A DNA stretch of 64,000 nucleotides from Nitrosopumilus sp. GTDB lineage: Archaea; Thermoproteota; Nitrososphaeria; Nitrososphaerales; Nitrosopumilaceae. Within the stretch, counting starts at the first letter, position 1; each line of letters starts with the position of its first letter. The stretch covers positions 79,840 through 143,839 of the forward strand of contig CBDBGZ010000005.1 of assembly GCA_965205425.1 (NCBI GenBank), written 5' to 3'. This document shows positions 1 through 9,142 of this stretch, in pieces. The notes beneath the pieces are model-generated. The model saw only the letters and a program-made list of their open reading frames with translations, did not search any database and was not told the origin of the DNA. The position numbers were made by a program, and so were the translations under genes.

Positions 1-524
1 GGAGATACAATTTCAGAAAATTCTTGATATTCAATAGATTTTTCCAAGTTTCCATCATAAGTTATTTTGATTGGATAGATACCATCAGAAGTCCAGGTTG
101 GACCACCAACATTGAAAGTTGCTGTAAAACTCCCATCAGAATTTGCAGGTATTGTGTTAAAATCAGCAAAGTTGGATTTACCAGGAGTAAAAATTTGAAT
201 GGTTACAAATGGTATACTGGAATCATATGAAACATTTCCAGAGATGTTCAAATGATCTTTTAATGATGTCTTAAAGTTAGAGAGATGAGTCTCTAGGACC
301 TCGACAAGTTGACCCCAAGACCTAGGGGTCAAAACAAAATCATGCTCTAAAACAAAATCATCGTTAGTAAGTGTAATTTTAAAAGAGTTAGTTTCAGCAT
401 TTTTTGTTAATTCTGTTGCAGTGTTTGGAGACACTAGATCAAATTTAGAAGTATCAAAAGAGGACGATGTTTCTGAGATTATTCTATCAACTAGAGCAGC
501 TGAAAGTCTTAAGACTGTTGCCAT
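1..524 (-). CDS. Chimeric ORF running off the window: viral N-terminus (MATVLRLSAA...FKTSL, 524-261) fused in frame to a host secreted Ig-like protein (KDHLNISGNVSYDSSIPFVTIQIFTPGKSNF...)
   Basis: Manual translation from ATG at 524 is open to position 1; TATA-like CTTTAA ~25 nt upstream; distal part resembles Nitrosopumilus secreted Ig-like domains (NSDGSFTATFNVGGPTW...GIYPIKITY). Confidence 0.7.
   Translation of the reverse strand, partial: MATVLRLSAALVDRIISETSSSFDTSKFDLVSPNTATELTKNAETNSFKITLTNDDFVLEHDFVLTPRSWGQLVEVLETHLSNFKTSLKDHLNISGNVSYDSSIPFVTIQIFTPGKSNFADFNTIPANSDGSFTATFNVGGPTWTSDGIYPIKITYDGNLEKSIEYQEFSEIVS
259..263. repeat. Left att core / target repeat TTTAA
   Basis: Matches 12969-12973; reading frame is consistent on both sides. 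Confidence 0.65.
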
Positions 525-563
525 ATCTGAAAAAAGAAAAAAGGGGTTAAAGGTTTTGCGATC

Positions 564-755
564 TTATTTGTGAGTTCTTTTGTAGCTGCCTTTACCGTGA
601 GATTTATGGACCCCTGACTTGTGATATTTACCACAAGTTTTGCATTTTTTGGTCAATCTCTTATGAGGTTTTTTTCTAGATCGCATTTTTTTCAATTTGG
701 CTCTACCCTTAGCTAATGCAGCTAGTTGTTTCTTAGTTGCTTTTCTCTTAGCCAG
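564..755 (-). CDS. Very basic 63-aa viral DNA-binding/condensing protein with CxxC-H-H motif (CTG start; not in ORF track)
   Basis: (M)AKRKATKKQLAALAKGRAKLKKMRSRKKPHKRLTKKCKTCGKYHKSGVHKSHGKGSYKRTHK; SD GGTGA 6 nt upstream of CTG; in-frame TGA three codons upstream. Confidence 0.75.
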   Translation of the reverse strand: MAKRKATKKQLAALAKGRAKLKKMRSRKKPHKRLTKKCKTCGKYHKSGVHKSHGKGSYKRTHK

Positions 756-957
756 ATGGTTTCACCTTTTTGACATCTCGATAGACATTCCAACCTTTGT
801 TAACTAATCCGCCAAGACCTAGAGGAGTAAGAATAACGGCTACTAACTGAATATGAGTCTCAGTGATCTCAAATTCAGTAAAAGCGTCAACCCCAAGAAG
901 TGCAGTTGAGATCACAATTACAATGAATGGAATGGATTTGGAACTAATTGAAGTCAT
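748..957 (-). CDS. Small viral membrane protein (2 TM, holin-like topology)
   Basis: Two hydrophobic segments, basic C-tail; overlaps both neighbours. Confidence 0.7.
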   Translation of the reverse strand: MTSISSKSIPFIVIVISTALLGVDAFTEFEITETHIQLVAVILTPLGLGGLVNKGWNVYRDVKKVKPSG

Positions 958-1283
958 TATTCTAAATCCTCTTTTGTGATACCATATCTTTCGATAAGAA
1001 CTTGTTTGATTCTAAGTTCTTTTTCATATTCTTTCAATTCGTCACCATACAAATTTCGAATAGAATCATCATCATAATTTTGATCAAAAGATTTTATTCT
1101 TTGAATGGCAGATTGTCTAGTTCTTTTGCCGAGGAATTGGTTTTGAGCTTCACCTTTAGAAATAGATTTTGATACTTCTCTAAGTGAACTGTAATTTTCT
1201 TCTTTAGTTCCGCCAAATTGTGCAGATTCAAGTTTTTGGATTCTATCCAAAATCTCTTTTTCGTTCTGTGTTTTTGGAATCAT
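957..1283 (-). CDS. Viral hypothetical coiled-coil protein
   Basis: 108 aa, charged helical; conserved promoter motif upstream. Confidence 0.75.
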   Translation of the reverse strand: MIPKTQNEKEILDRIQKLESAQFGGTKEENYSSLREVSKSISKGEAQNQFLGKRTRQSAIQRIKSFDQNYDDDSIRNLYGDELKEYEKELRIKQVLIERYGITKEDLE

Positions 1284-1306
1284 GTTATTAAAAAATGAAA
1301 GAAAAA

Positions 1307-1325
1307 TGAGCTATATTAGCTCAAA
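1307..1325 (-). promoter_or_regulatory. Palindromic operator/promoter TGAGCTA-TAT-TAGCTCA overlapping a TATA-like box
   Basis: Perfect 7-bp inverted repeat at 1307-1323; 15-mer CTATATTAGCTCAAA (1311-1325) recurs at 9460-9474. Confidence 0.6.
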
Positions 1326-1487
1326 TTAGTTAGTTTTTGGCTCTAGGCTCTCAAAGACTGAATCAACTGCCTCATCGGTCCTTTGCTGTAAGAACTCTTG
1401 AGTCCTTGCCCTGATTTTATCTCTATTACTGCAATAATAATCAGTTAAAACAGCACCGATAACTAACCCGATTATGAAGAATACCAT
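1326..1487 (-). CDS. Small viral membrane protein, 53 aa (not in ORF track)
   Basis: MVFFIIGLVIGAVLTDYYCSNRDKIRARTQEFLQQRTDEAVDSVFESLEPKTN; perfect SD GGAGGTGA upstream. Confidence 0.8.
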   Translation of the reverse strand: MVFFIIGLVIGAVLTDYYCSNRDKIRARTQEFLQQRTDEAVDSVFESLEPKTN

Positions 1488-1498
1488 ACTATCACCTC

Positions 1499-1714
1499 CT
1501 ACTTCTCATTTTTATCCTTTTTCAAGAACAAGAAAGTCATAGCACCTGTCAAAACACTAGAGATCACAGGTAATACTAGATTAATTTGAGTTGAATCAGT
1601 TTGACAATTTACATATTGAGTTAATTGAAAAGACAGAGTGATTATCACAATACAAGCAGTTATTTTGGCTATCAAACCATTTTCAAGTATTTTTTCAGCA
1701 ATGAATCGATCCAT
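1499..1714 (-). CDS. Small viral membrane protein (2 TM)
   Basis: Two hydrophobic helices, basic tail; start overlaps upstream stop. Confidence 0.75.
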   Translation of the reverse strand: MDRFIAEKILENGLIAKITACIVIITLSFQLTQYVNCQTDSTQINLVLPVISSVLTGAMTFLFLKKDKNEK

Positions 1715-3522
1715 TATTTCACCAAATAAATCCTGATACCAGTTTGGACCGCATTTTCAACAGTTAGTCTAATTATGAGATTGGGGTTTTGAATCAATAA
1801 TTTTGAAATTGCTCTATCATCTTCTGACTCATCAGAAATAATGACAAGTTTTTTCTGACCAGCTACAACAGCACCAATAGAATCAGCACTGATTAATTCT
1901 TCAAATTCATCTTCTGCATCTAAAACACCAAAAGAAAGTTTAGCAGTTCCGCCTTGTCTTAGAAAATCGAAAAAATTATCTAAACTAATAATATTTTGAA
2001 TGGCACTAGGATCAAGGTTTTTCTCAGCAATTAGATCAATATCATCGACAGATTCAGGTTGAATTTGAGATACTGTTAAAGTGTAATAATCAGCAGTGGG
2101 ATTATAGGTGATACTATTAGCACGATAAGGAATTGTGATCGAGGCTTGACCACCTCTAGAAACTGAAATATCATCGGTCTTATATTCTGAAAAAGAGACA
2201 ACAGGTTCAGAAAAACTAATCGTGGTCCTTTTTCTAACTCTAACAAATCTACCTCTAAAAGCATACCTTTTGGTGACAGGTCCCTCATAATCAAAAGTCT
2301 CAAGTGTTCTCACATTCCTAGTAAAATCAATATCATCAGCAGATTCTATAATTAACTCATAACTATACAACATATTGAGGAGCATATTTCCAACTGTCAC
2401 ATCTCTAGCAAATCCAGTGACAGAACGTAGTAAACGCTCAGCGATACTGGTAGAGGTAGAATAAATGATACGGTTGTTAGCTGTAACTGAACTTCTATCA
2501 ATTTTGATACGCCATGATCCTTGAGTGTAAATATCATAATGTTTTTCTTTGAAAGTTGTTGAGTGAATCCAGTTAAATCTCACTTCATTAGAATTTAGAA
2601 AATTAATTAGAGCAATTTCAAACTGGCTGTCATAATCATCTATACTGTAAAAATCATAACTTTTTATTTCTTCTTCAAAAGTAATCGGTGTAAAATCTGA
2701 AATTCTACCATCATCATCATAGAGACCATCCAGTTCAGTTATTTCAGTAGTAGTTATTTCAGATGTTTGTCTTAAGTGAGTTGACATATTTGACTCAAAA
2801 CTGTAAAAGGTAGGTTGACCTCTAATGCTTCTAGTAATGTAAAGTCTATCACTATCAAAATTAGAATGACTATCTGAAATTCTAGGTGAATCAAAAACCA
2901 TAATGTCTTCATTTCTTTCTAATGCCATTAACCTCAAGTATAGACCGATAATGCTAGGTGATTGATCTAAATCATACGAATAATCGGTAGGAACTGGATT
3001 TTGAATTTGTGAAGCTCGAAATAGAATCATCATTTTATTATAGCCCTCAAGATACATAGACTGATCAACTGTTTCATTAGCATAGACATTAAATGGGAAT
3101 GGTGTTAATTCTTGAGAATAAACTTGAGCGAGATCATTTCTGCTCAAAGGGACGTTTGGTCTTGATAGATTTTCTGCAACATTACCGATCTTAATTGTGA
3201 CTTCAAAACCTATCTTTTGATTATCAAAATTATTTTTAGTAAAAATTCTAATTTTTTCTTGGTGTAAAAATTCTTGATTGTTCAAAGGAACTGAGATAAG
3301 AGCATAATTTTTCAATTCAATATTTTTAGAATCAAATATGATGTTATCATTAATCCATACTTGAAGTTCACCCTTGAGAGAGAAAATCGGATCAAAAGAA
3401 AATTCTAAAGCATTTAAAAAAAGGTCCTCTTTTAATGGATTTCTAAAAGAATAATCAGGGGTATTTTTAAAATCTCTTGAATCAGTGTCTATCCTATCAG
3501 TGATTGTTTTTTGAAATACCAA
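1714..3522 (-). CDS. Putative vertex/turret (receptor-binding) protein with N-terminal jelly-roll domain
   Basis: 602 aa, beta-rich; N-terminus paralogous to the 4461-4934 protein; lies in the structural module. Confidence 0.65.
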   Translation of the reverse strand: MVFQKTITDRIDTDSRDFKNTPDYSFRNPLKEDLFLNALEFSFDPIFSLKGELQVWINDNIIFDSKNIELKNYALISVPLNNQEFLHQEKIRIFTKNNFDNQKIGFEVTIKIGNVAENLSRPNVPLSRNDLAQVYSQELTPFPFNVYANETVDQSMYLEGYNKMMILFRASQIQNPVPTDYSYDLDQSPSIIGLYLRLMALERNEDIMVFDSPRISDSHSNFDSDRLYITRSIRGQPTFYSFESNMSTHLRQTSEITTTEITELDGLYDDDGRISDFTPITFEEEIKSYDFYSIDDYDSQFEIALINFLNSNEVRFNWIHSTTFKEKHYDIYTQGSWRIKIDRSSVTANNRIIYSTSTSIAERLLRSVTGFARDVTVGNMLLNMLYSYELIIESADDIDFTRNVRTLETFDYEGPVTKRYAFRGRFVRVRKRTTISFSEPVVSFSEYKTDDISVSRGGQASITIPYRANSITYNPTADYYTLTVSQIQPESVDDIDLIAEKNLDPSAIQNIISLDNFFDFLRQGGTAKLSFGVLDAEDEFEELISADSIGAVVAGQKKLVIISDESEDDRAISKLLIQNPNLIIRLTVENAVQTGIRIYLVK

Positions 3523-3528
3523 AGCACA

Positions 3529-4461
3529 TCACAACACTCTCTTCAAAACAATTTTAGAATATCTTTGCAGTCTAATAGGATTATTCGGAGCAAAATCACC
3601 AGTCTTTAGGGCTTTAGATACTACTCGAATCTGGTCCCCATTCTCAACTTCCAAATTATCAAAAAATGTAGCAGAACAAGGAACACTATATTCTCGACCA
3701 TAACCTGAAAAATGTTTTGATTGTGTCACCCAGTCAGCATCATCAATATCACCTGAAGCTCTTTTTTGTATTTCCAACTCTTCAATAAATCGCTTATTCC
3801 CTGAAAAACCAGCACCATTAGGAGCATTAGATTGAGTGAAATTAGCTGTGACGTGCATCTCAATTTTTCCATCAAAGTTCATAACGTATTGACCTGAGGC
3901 AACAACATTATGAGTGAAATTTGGATTGGTAAAAATCGGACTACCGAAATTAACTTCTTGAAAAGCCGTGTTATTATAATCAATAACTGCATCATCTGTT
4001 TCTCTTGCGTGTTTGTGAACTGGATTGTTAAGAATTTGCAAATCAAAAGTTTCATTTAATGTTTGAATGACTGGTTTTCCATTCAACATATAGAATAATC
4101 CAATAGGTCTTAATGCATCAGTGTCCATATTAGCAGCTGGATACACAAATTTCTCTGTCAAATTAGCGAGTCCGATAGGTTTGACAGAATGTAAAACATC
4201 AGCTAATAATCTAGCATAACTTTGATTTTCTTTTTGAATCTCAAACTTGTTAGCTGATATAGCTTTAAACTGATAATCATTAAAGAAATCAACATCTTTC
4301 ATGGACCCTAGAGAATATTGATCAAAATTGTTCTTTGAAACAAAATCTAAAACATTCAACAAAACATCTTCATCAGGAACACCAGCGGGTCCAGCTGGTC
4401 CAGCAGGTCCAGCAGGTCCTCGTTGACCATCACCACTACCACCTTTAGGGACAAATGGCAC
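3529..4461 (-). CDS. Putative spike/fibre protein with collagen-like Gly-X-Y repeat and beta-sandwich C-terminus
   Basis: GDGQRGPAGPAGPAGPAGVP near N-terminus; C1q/TNF-like beta-rich C-terminal region. Confidence 0.7.
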   Translation of the reverse strand: MPFVPKGGSGDGQRGPAGPAGPAGPAGVPDEDVLLNVLDFVSKNNFDQYSLGSMKDVDFFNDYQFKAISANKFEIQKENQSYARLLADVLHSVKPIGLANLTEKFVYPAANMDTDALRPIGLFYMLNGKPVIQTLNETFDLQILNNPVHKHARETDDAVIDYNNTAFQEVNFGSPIFTNPNFTHNVVASGQYVMNFDGKIEMHVTANFTQSNAPNGAGFSGNKRFIEELEIQKRASGDIDDADWVTQSKHFSGYGREYSVPCSATFFDNLEVENGDQIRVVSKALKTGDFAPNNPIRLQRYSKIVLKRVL

Positions 4462-4934
4462 TATTCACCAAACCTCACATAAGCAGATAATTCAATACTA
4501 TCACCATCTTCAGTGAAAGCAAAAATCTTAACTGATTTTTGAGGATCGATTGAAAAACCATTATCAAACTTTAAAGAAATACCTGAAGAATATTTTGCAA
4601 TACCATAATTTTTAGATTTGAAAATTGGTGCATTATCAATATAGACAAAAACTTTAGCATTATCAATAAAATCAGCATTACCAGTGATAGAAATTTCTCT
4701 AACAGTTCTAGAAACTTTGTCAGGTATTTCAATTTCAATAGTTGGATCATCTAAATCCAAATTAGAAGAATCAGTTGAACCAATAGCAGAAACAGAAACT
4801 CCCCATTTATCAGGAACTCTACGAATGTAGCAAGCTTGGACCTCTTTAGGTCTAGACTCATTTAGTAGTTCAATAATTCTTTCATTCTGCCTTTTCATCT
4901 CAGCAATTAGTTCATCTTGGACCATAACAAACAC
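4461..4934 (-). CDS. Putative penton/single-jelly-roll vertex protein
   Basis: 157 aa alternating beta-strand pattern; lies downstream of the MCP. Confidence 0.6.
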   Translation of the reverse strand: MFVMVQDELIAEMKRQNERIIELLNESRPKEVQACYIRRVPDKWGVSVSAIGSTDSSNLDLDDPTIEIEIPDKVSRTVREISITGNADFIDNAKVFVYIDNAPIFKSKNYGIAKYSSGISLKFDNGFSIDPQKSVKIFAFTEDGDSIELSAYVRFGE

Positions 4935-5867
4935 CTAAAAATTATTAATATTTCCCCCAGTAGCTCTTAATGCAATTTCTTCAGGTGATAAACCAAAGTT
5001 TGATCCTAAATTGGCACGATTAGCTCTATCAGCTCTTAGTTGTAATTCATCAGCTCTAGAGTTTGCTTGTCTTTGTCTCTCTTCTAATCTAGCGACAGCA
5101 CGTTCTCTAGATTCATCAGCTCTACGTCTTGCTTCTGTAATATCAGGTCTATTAGCTCTTTCTTGTCTTTGAGTTCTTAATTCAACTTCTGTTAATTCAG
5201 ATTCTCTAACAACTCCTCTAGTCCTAGAATCACTAGAAAAAGTTTGGAATTGTTGATTATTTATCTCAGATTGTGCAGGGCGTCCTACTCTTTGGTCCCT
5301 ATCTTGTCTAGCAGTTTGAGGAGTTGGTTCAGGATCACTAATAATTCTCTCAGGTTCATCAGGTGTTTCAATTAGATCGGGTGCAGCACTTCCATCAACT
5401 TCATCTATTGCAATAGTATCACCAACTCTCAAACCCTCATCATCACCAAAGGCTTCGGGAATTGTAAAAGCATTAGTAAAGAACTCACCGACATCATCTA
5501 AAAAGGTCCTATTAGGTAAAGAATCTCTAACTTGTTCACCATTAACAAAAACAGCACCAGTCTCATCTTGTCTTATAGAAGTAGCACCTTGAAGCTCCTC
5601 AGAAGTTAAAGCATTTCTTTGATTTGGTGACGGATCAAAATCGATAGGTGTGTCACTTCTAATAGATGAACCAGGGTCCCCAGTTCGAGAACCATCAATA
5701 TCTAAAGGATCAGTAAACTGATCAAAGAAATTAGTGATACCTCGTCCAGCACCACCAAAGAAATCAGTGATACCTTCAGCTGAACTACCAAAGGCAGTCG
5801 AAATTTGCCTGTTAAAAATTACAAATAATGCTACCGCTAAACCAGCTACTAGAAAGAAACTTACCAT
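4935..5867 (-). CDS. Viral membrane-anchored low-complexity protein (tape-measure/DNA-delivery candidate)
   Basis: N-terminal TM, acidic disordered middle, R/Q/E coiled-coil C-terminus; SD GGTGA. Confidence 0.65.
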   Translation of the reverse strand: MVSFFLVAGLAVALFVIFNRQISTAFGSSAEGITDFFGGAGRGITNFFDQFTDPLDIDGSRTGDPGSSIRSDTPIDFDPSPNQRNALTSEELQGATSIRQDETGAVFVNGEQVRDSLPNRTFLDDVGEFFTNAFTIPEAFGDDEGLRVGDTIAIDEVDGSAAPDLIETPDEPERIISDPEPTPQTARQDRDQRVGRPAQSEINNQQFQTFSSDSRTRGVVRESELTEVELRTQRQERANRPDITEARRRADESRERAVARLEERQRQANSRADELQLRADRANRANLGSNFGLSPEEIALRATGGNINNF

Positions 5868-5936
5868 TGCATATCACCTTTTTTTATTTTCATATTTTTT
5901 TCCTTTTGTTAGCCTGATAGAAAAAAGAGAGGGTGT

Positions 5937-6932
5937 TTACACATACATCGTGTAAATTTCTATATTGTCTTGAGCTGCATTAACACCGTTGGTCAATAAT
6001 CTTAAGAGATCATAAGACTTTGATCTAGTGACAAGTCCTAAAGACCCTAGCTTTTCGACCCAATTAATATAGACAACTCCAGTCAATTTACTATCTAAAG
6101 CATAACCAGTGACATTTTTTTCGTTAAGAGCGTTCCAAGAACGTTCAACAAAGTCACGTTTAGGGAATCCAGCAGTAGGTCTAACACGGGCGTATTTTAC
6201 ATCCGTGACTCTACTATCAGAAAGAACACCATTATCTTTGACAACTAACATCTGCTCGAGTAATGCAGCTGAAGCTACAAGATCGATATTCTGTGCAAGT
6301 TTATCAAATTGGGTCCTTCCAGTTTCCAAATTGTGAACTTCGGTGACCTGAATAACATCGGTCATCTTAACGCCATCTCTGTCATCGTTAATGTCCAAAC
6401 CATTTACATCACCAAAGTATTCTCGAATTTCTAATTCGATTTTGGCACTGTTAATAGTTGGTGCATTAGCAGAAGCAATATCACCCTTATTACCTGTTTG
6501 AACAACAAGCTCTAAGTTTGAGAGATTTTTTGTTTGCAACAGTGCAGAAATATCAGAATCGTTTAAGATATTTCTTGCAAAGTCAATCGTAAAATCTGCG
6601 ATTGCTTCATAGTTATCTTCATTAGCTGTGGTGACTGGGTCCTTTTTGTATGGAGCTTTACCCTTTTTGATAGTTTCTAAGACGTGCATAAAATGAAGAG
6701 GCAGTCTGAATTTGTATAAACGACCATTTCGTCTTATGCCGATAGCTTTGACATAATTTAATATGTCATTTTCTTTCAAAGTTGGGACATTTGCTCCGTT
6801 GGATAGATCGAAAATAACTCGTCCATGAATCCATCGATAAGCTGCATCTTGAGGCAACTCAAGAATGTTCTCAGCGGTGTCATCTGAAAGAGTTAAAGTC
6901 TTAATCGGTCTTTCGTTTGCTTCAATCGGCAT
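5937..6932 (-). CDS. Double-jelly-roll major capsid protein (STIV B345-like)
   Basis: Colinear motif resemblance to STIV MCP as recalled: ELPQDAAYRWI, KGKAPY, FTIDFAR, NLELVVQTG, EQMLVV, SWNALNEKN, DNIEIYTMYV; 331 aa; SD GGAG. Confidence 0.88.
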   Translation of the reverse strand: MPIEANERPIKTLTLSDDTAENILELPQDAAYRWIHGRVIFDLSNGANVPTLKENDILNYVKAIGIRRNGRLYKFRLPLHFMHVLETIKKGKAPYKKDPVTTANEDNYEAIADFTIDFARNILNDSDISALLQTKNLSNLELVVQTGNKGDIASANAPTINSAKIELEIREYFGDVNGLDINDDRDGVKMTDVIQVTEVHNLETGRTQFDKLAQNIDLVASAALLEQMLVVKDNGVLSDSRVTDVKYARVRPTAGFPKRDFVERSWNALNEKNVTGYALDSKLTGVVYINWVEKLGSLGLVTRSKSYDLLRLLTNGVNAAQDNIEIYTMYV

Positions 6933-6944
6933 CTACAACAACTC

Positions 6945-7067
6945 CTAACTTCTTCTTCCTACACCTTTACGAGAAAGGTATGGAATAACAAATAGAGAAG
7001 CCACTGCAACACCGACTACAACGAGTCCAACTGTGACAATAGCACCTTTACCTAATCCAAGAGGCAT
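6945..7067 (-). CDS. 40-aa single-TM virion membrane protein (not in ORF track)
   Basis: MPLGLGKGAIVTVGLVVVGVAVASLFVIPYLSRKGVGRRS directly upstream of the MCP. Confidence 0.8.
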   Translation of the reverse strand: MPLGLGKGAIVTVGLVVVGVAVASLFVIPYLSRKGVGRRS

Positions 7068-7088
7068 AGAAAGAGATTATCGTCTAGC

Positions 7089-7094
7089 TTTAAG
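7089..7094 (-). promoter_or_regulatory. TATA box of the capsid operon (leaderless)
   Basis: CTTAAA 22-27 nt upstream of ATG 7067. Confidence 0.5.
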
Positions 7095-7105
7095 GGACTA
7101 GCTGA

Positions 7106-7294
7106 CTAGAAATTACGCATACGATATTTATAGCTAGAATTTTCTAGCTCTTTGATCTGTGTATCTGAGAAATAATCTGAAATTGTGACTTTGTTTGATT
7201 CATTACACCCAGTCTTTTTGATGTGCTGATTTACGTCCTTGATAGTTTTGAATTGCTTTTTACAATCAGGGCAACGATAAAATTTATTTTGCAA
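7106..7294 (-). CDS. C2H2/C2HC zinc-finger protein
   Basis: YRCPDCKKQFKTIKDVNQHIKKTGC. Confidence 0.8.
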   Translation of the reverse strand: MQNKFYRCPDCKKQFKTIKDVNQHIKKTGCNESNKVTISDYFSDTQIKELENSSYKYRMRNF

Positions 7295-7940
7295 ATTTTT
7301 TCACCTTGAATTTCATAGCTGGTGATCCTGCCAATTTGTAAAGTCCCTCATATTTCTCAAACTCACCTTTGGCAAATCCGTAAATTTCTTTGCCCACATA
7401 TCGCTTCATGTATTCTACATTATTTGGCGTGTCCATATAGAGACAAAATTTGTGAATCGCATTTGATAAGACATACTTTGGAATTTCACTCGTTGATTGA
7501 AAAATTGCAATATAGCTGGAATTGTGATTATGACAGGTCCTAACGTAAGTATCAAATCCATCAACTGGTTTATTGTAATGTTCGATCCATTCTTGCAGTT
7601 CATCAACTACAAGGACAAAATTTCCATTTTTGGCAAAACCATAAGCTGCATAACAAACATCATTAAAAAATTGGTGTCTTGCAGCTTTTGTTTTTAGATC
7701 GTGAGGTTGAAGAATCTGTAAACCTTGACCCTTTGCATCATAGATAGAATGAATGACACAGTTTGGATCAAGCTTGCTGAATCTCCAATTAAGGTCCAGC
7801 ACTAGCACGTTATAACCTGAGAATTGATTAATGTGAGTTAGAGTTATGGCGTGTTCTGTTTTACCTGATTGAGTCTCACCAACTATAACGACACTTTGCT
7901 TTTTAGGATTATAATTAAAATCTGTAAGAGGCTTAGTCAT
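7284..7940 (-). CDS. Genome-packaging ATPase, FtsK/HerA superfamily (A32/P9/B204-like)
   Basis: Walker A GETQSGKT, Walker B LVVDE, R..HN.S....FQ motif; 218 aa; near the MCP. Confidence 0.88.
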   Translation of the reverse strand: MTKPLTDFNYNPKKQSVVIVGETQSGKTEHAITLTHINQFSGYNVLVLDLNWRFSKLDPNCVIHSIYDAKGQGLQILQPHDLKTKAARHQFFNDVCYAAYGFAKNGNFVLVVDELQEWIEHYNKPVDGFDTYVRTCHNHNSSYIAIFQSTSEIPKYVLSNAIHKFCLYMDTPNNVEYMKRYVGKEIYGFAKGEFEKYEGLYKLAGSPAMKFKVKKFAK

Positions 7941-7941
7941 T

Positions 7942-8100
7942 TTACCTCGATCTCAATTTTGATTTTACAATATTATTAGCTGTATTCAAAGTTGTTAATG
8001 CAGAATAACCAACACTAAGAAAAAAAAATTCTAAAGGATTTTCAATTTTGTCATCGATTTTTTTTTCCAAAATGTCTTTAGAATAATCATAAAAATTCAT
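7942..8100 (-). CDS. Viral hypothetical 52-aa protein (not in ORF track)
   Basis: MNFYDYSKDILEKKIDDKIENPLEFFFLSVGYSALTTLNTANNIVKSKLRSR; SD GGTGA; fills the gap exactly. Confidence 0.7.
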   Translation of the reverse strand: MNFYDYSKDILEKKIDDKIENPLEFFFLSVGYSALTTLNTANNIVKSKLRSR

Positions 8101-8108
8101 AATATCAC

Positions 8109-8345
8109 CTAGAACTTCATAGAGTGAACTCTCTCACCAATTTCAATAAATTTTTCTGCATCCTCTTTTGACTTGAATCCAGTTTTTTCAACAACGATAA
8201 AGATTTTCTCACCCTTGATCTCTTTTTCAACGATCTCAGGTTTTCCAACTGTTTGAAAGGTCCCACTGTGTTTATCCAAAGTCTCTAGAATTGGTTTAAT
8301 GTGTCCGAAAAGGCTAAAGAATAATTTGATAGGTGGTTTCATCAT
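8109..8345 (-). CDS. Viral hypothetical protein
   Basis: 78 aa, ATGA overlap with upstream gene. Confidence 0.7.
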   Translation of the reverse strand: MMKPPIKLFFSLFGHIKPILETLDKHSGTFQTVGKPEIVEKEIKGEKIFIVVEKTGFKSKEDAEKFIEIGERVHSMKF

Positions 8346-9142
8346 ACCTTAACATCTACCTCTAAGTCATCATCATATTTTGGTTCAGGTTTTTTCTCAC
8401 CGAATCCAATTCGTTTGATTATTGGCATACCCATAACCATAACAACAGATAGAGCAAACATTCCCATATCTAGATACTTTGGTAATCTCATACCATAAGT
8501 TATCATTAATTGATTAAGTTCGACTGCAAGCTCATTCATATCATTTCTAAATTCTTTAATTGGTTTTGGTTTTTCTAGTTCCTTTTGTTCTTCTTCATCA
8601 TCAGTCTCAACTAGACCTAGTGAGATGTAAATATCACCAGCAAATCCAAATATTTTTTTGAAAAACTTTTCTTGCATTTCCATTTGTTGAGGTGTTAATA
8701 CTGGTTGTTGTGGTTGAGTTGGATCAGCTTGTGGTTCAGCAGCTGGTAAAGTTCCGTAAGGACTTTGAGGTTGAGGTGTAGGAAACGCACTACTTGAGGG
8801 AGCTGGTGCAGCTTGTGGTTCAGGTTGAGGTTCAGGTGTTGGTTGAGCTGGTGCAGCTTGTGGTTCAGGTCCATCAACATTAACAGTCATTCCGTCAATA
8901 CTTTCTACTTTGAATCCTTTATCAGCTAAAGATAGACCTCTGTCTTTTAGTTCATCACCTATGAACTTCTTGACATCACTACGCCAATTTTTTTTAATTT
9001 GTAATTCATCAATTACAGATTTTCTTAATTCATCAACTGCATTTTTATCTTTGATCTCAATACCTGAATCTAATTTTTCTTTGATCCTGTCTCTAATCTG
9101 TTGAGAGATTGAGATTTTTTTTGTTTCAGTTTTAGCACTCAT
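8342..9142 (-). CDS. Viral protein with Pro/Gln-rich linker and C-terminal TM
   Basis: PEPQAAPAQPTPEPQPEPQAAPAP; TM near C-terminus; upstream of packaging ATPase. Confidence 0.8.
   Translation of the reverse strand: MSAKTETKKISISQQIRDRIKEKLDSGIEIKDKNAVDELRKSVIDELQIKKNWRSDVKKFIGDELKDRGLSLADKGFKVESIDGMTVNVDGPEPQAAPAQPTPEPQPEPQAAPAPSSSAFPTPQPQSPYGTLPAAEPQADPTQPQQPVLTPQQMEMQEKFFKKIFGFAGDIYISLGLVETDDEEEQKELEKPKPIKEFRNDMNELAVELNQLMITYGMRLPKYLDMGMFALSVVMVMGMPIIKRIGFGEKKPEPKYDDDLEVDVKV

Noticed and set aside
24-230. 68-aa plus-strand ORF
   Set aside because: Shadow of the longer minus-strand ORF 524-1
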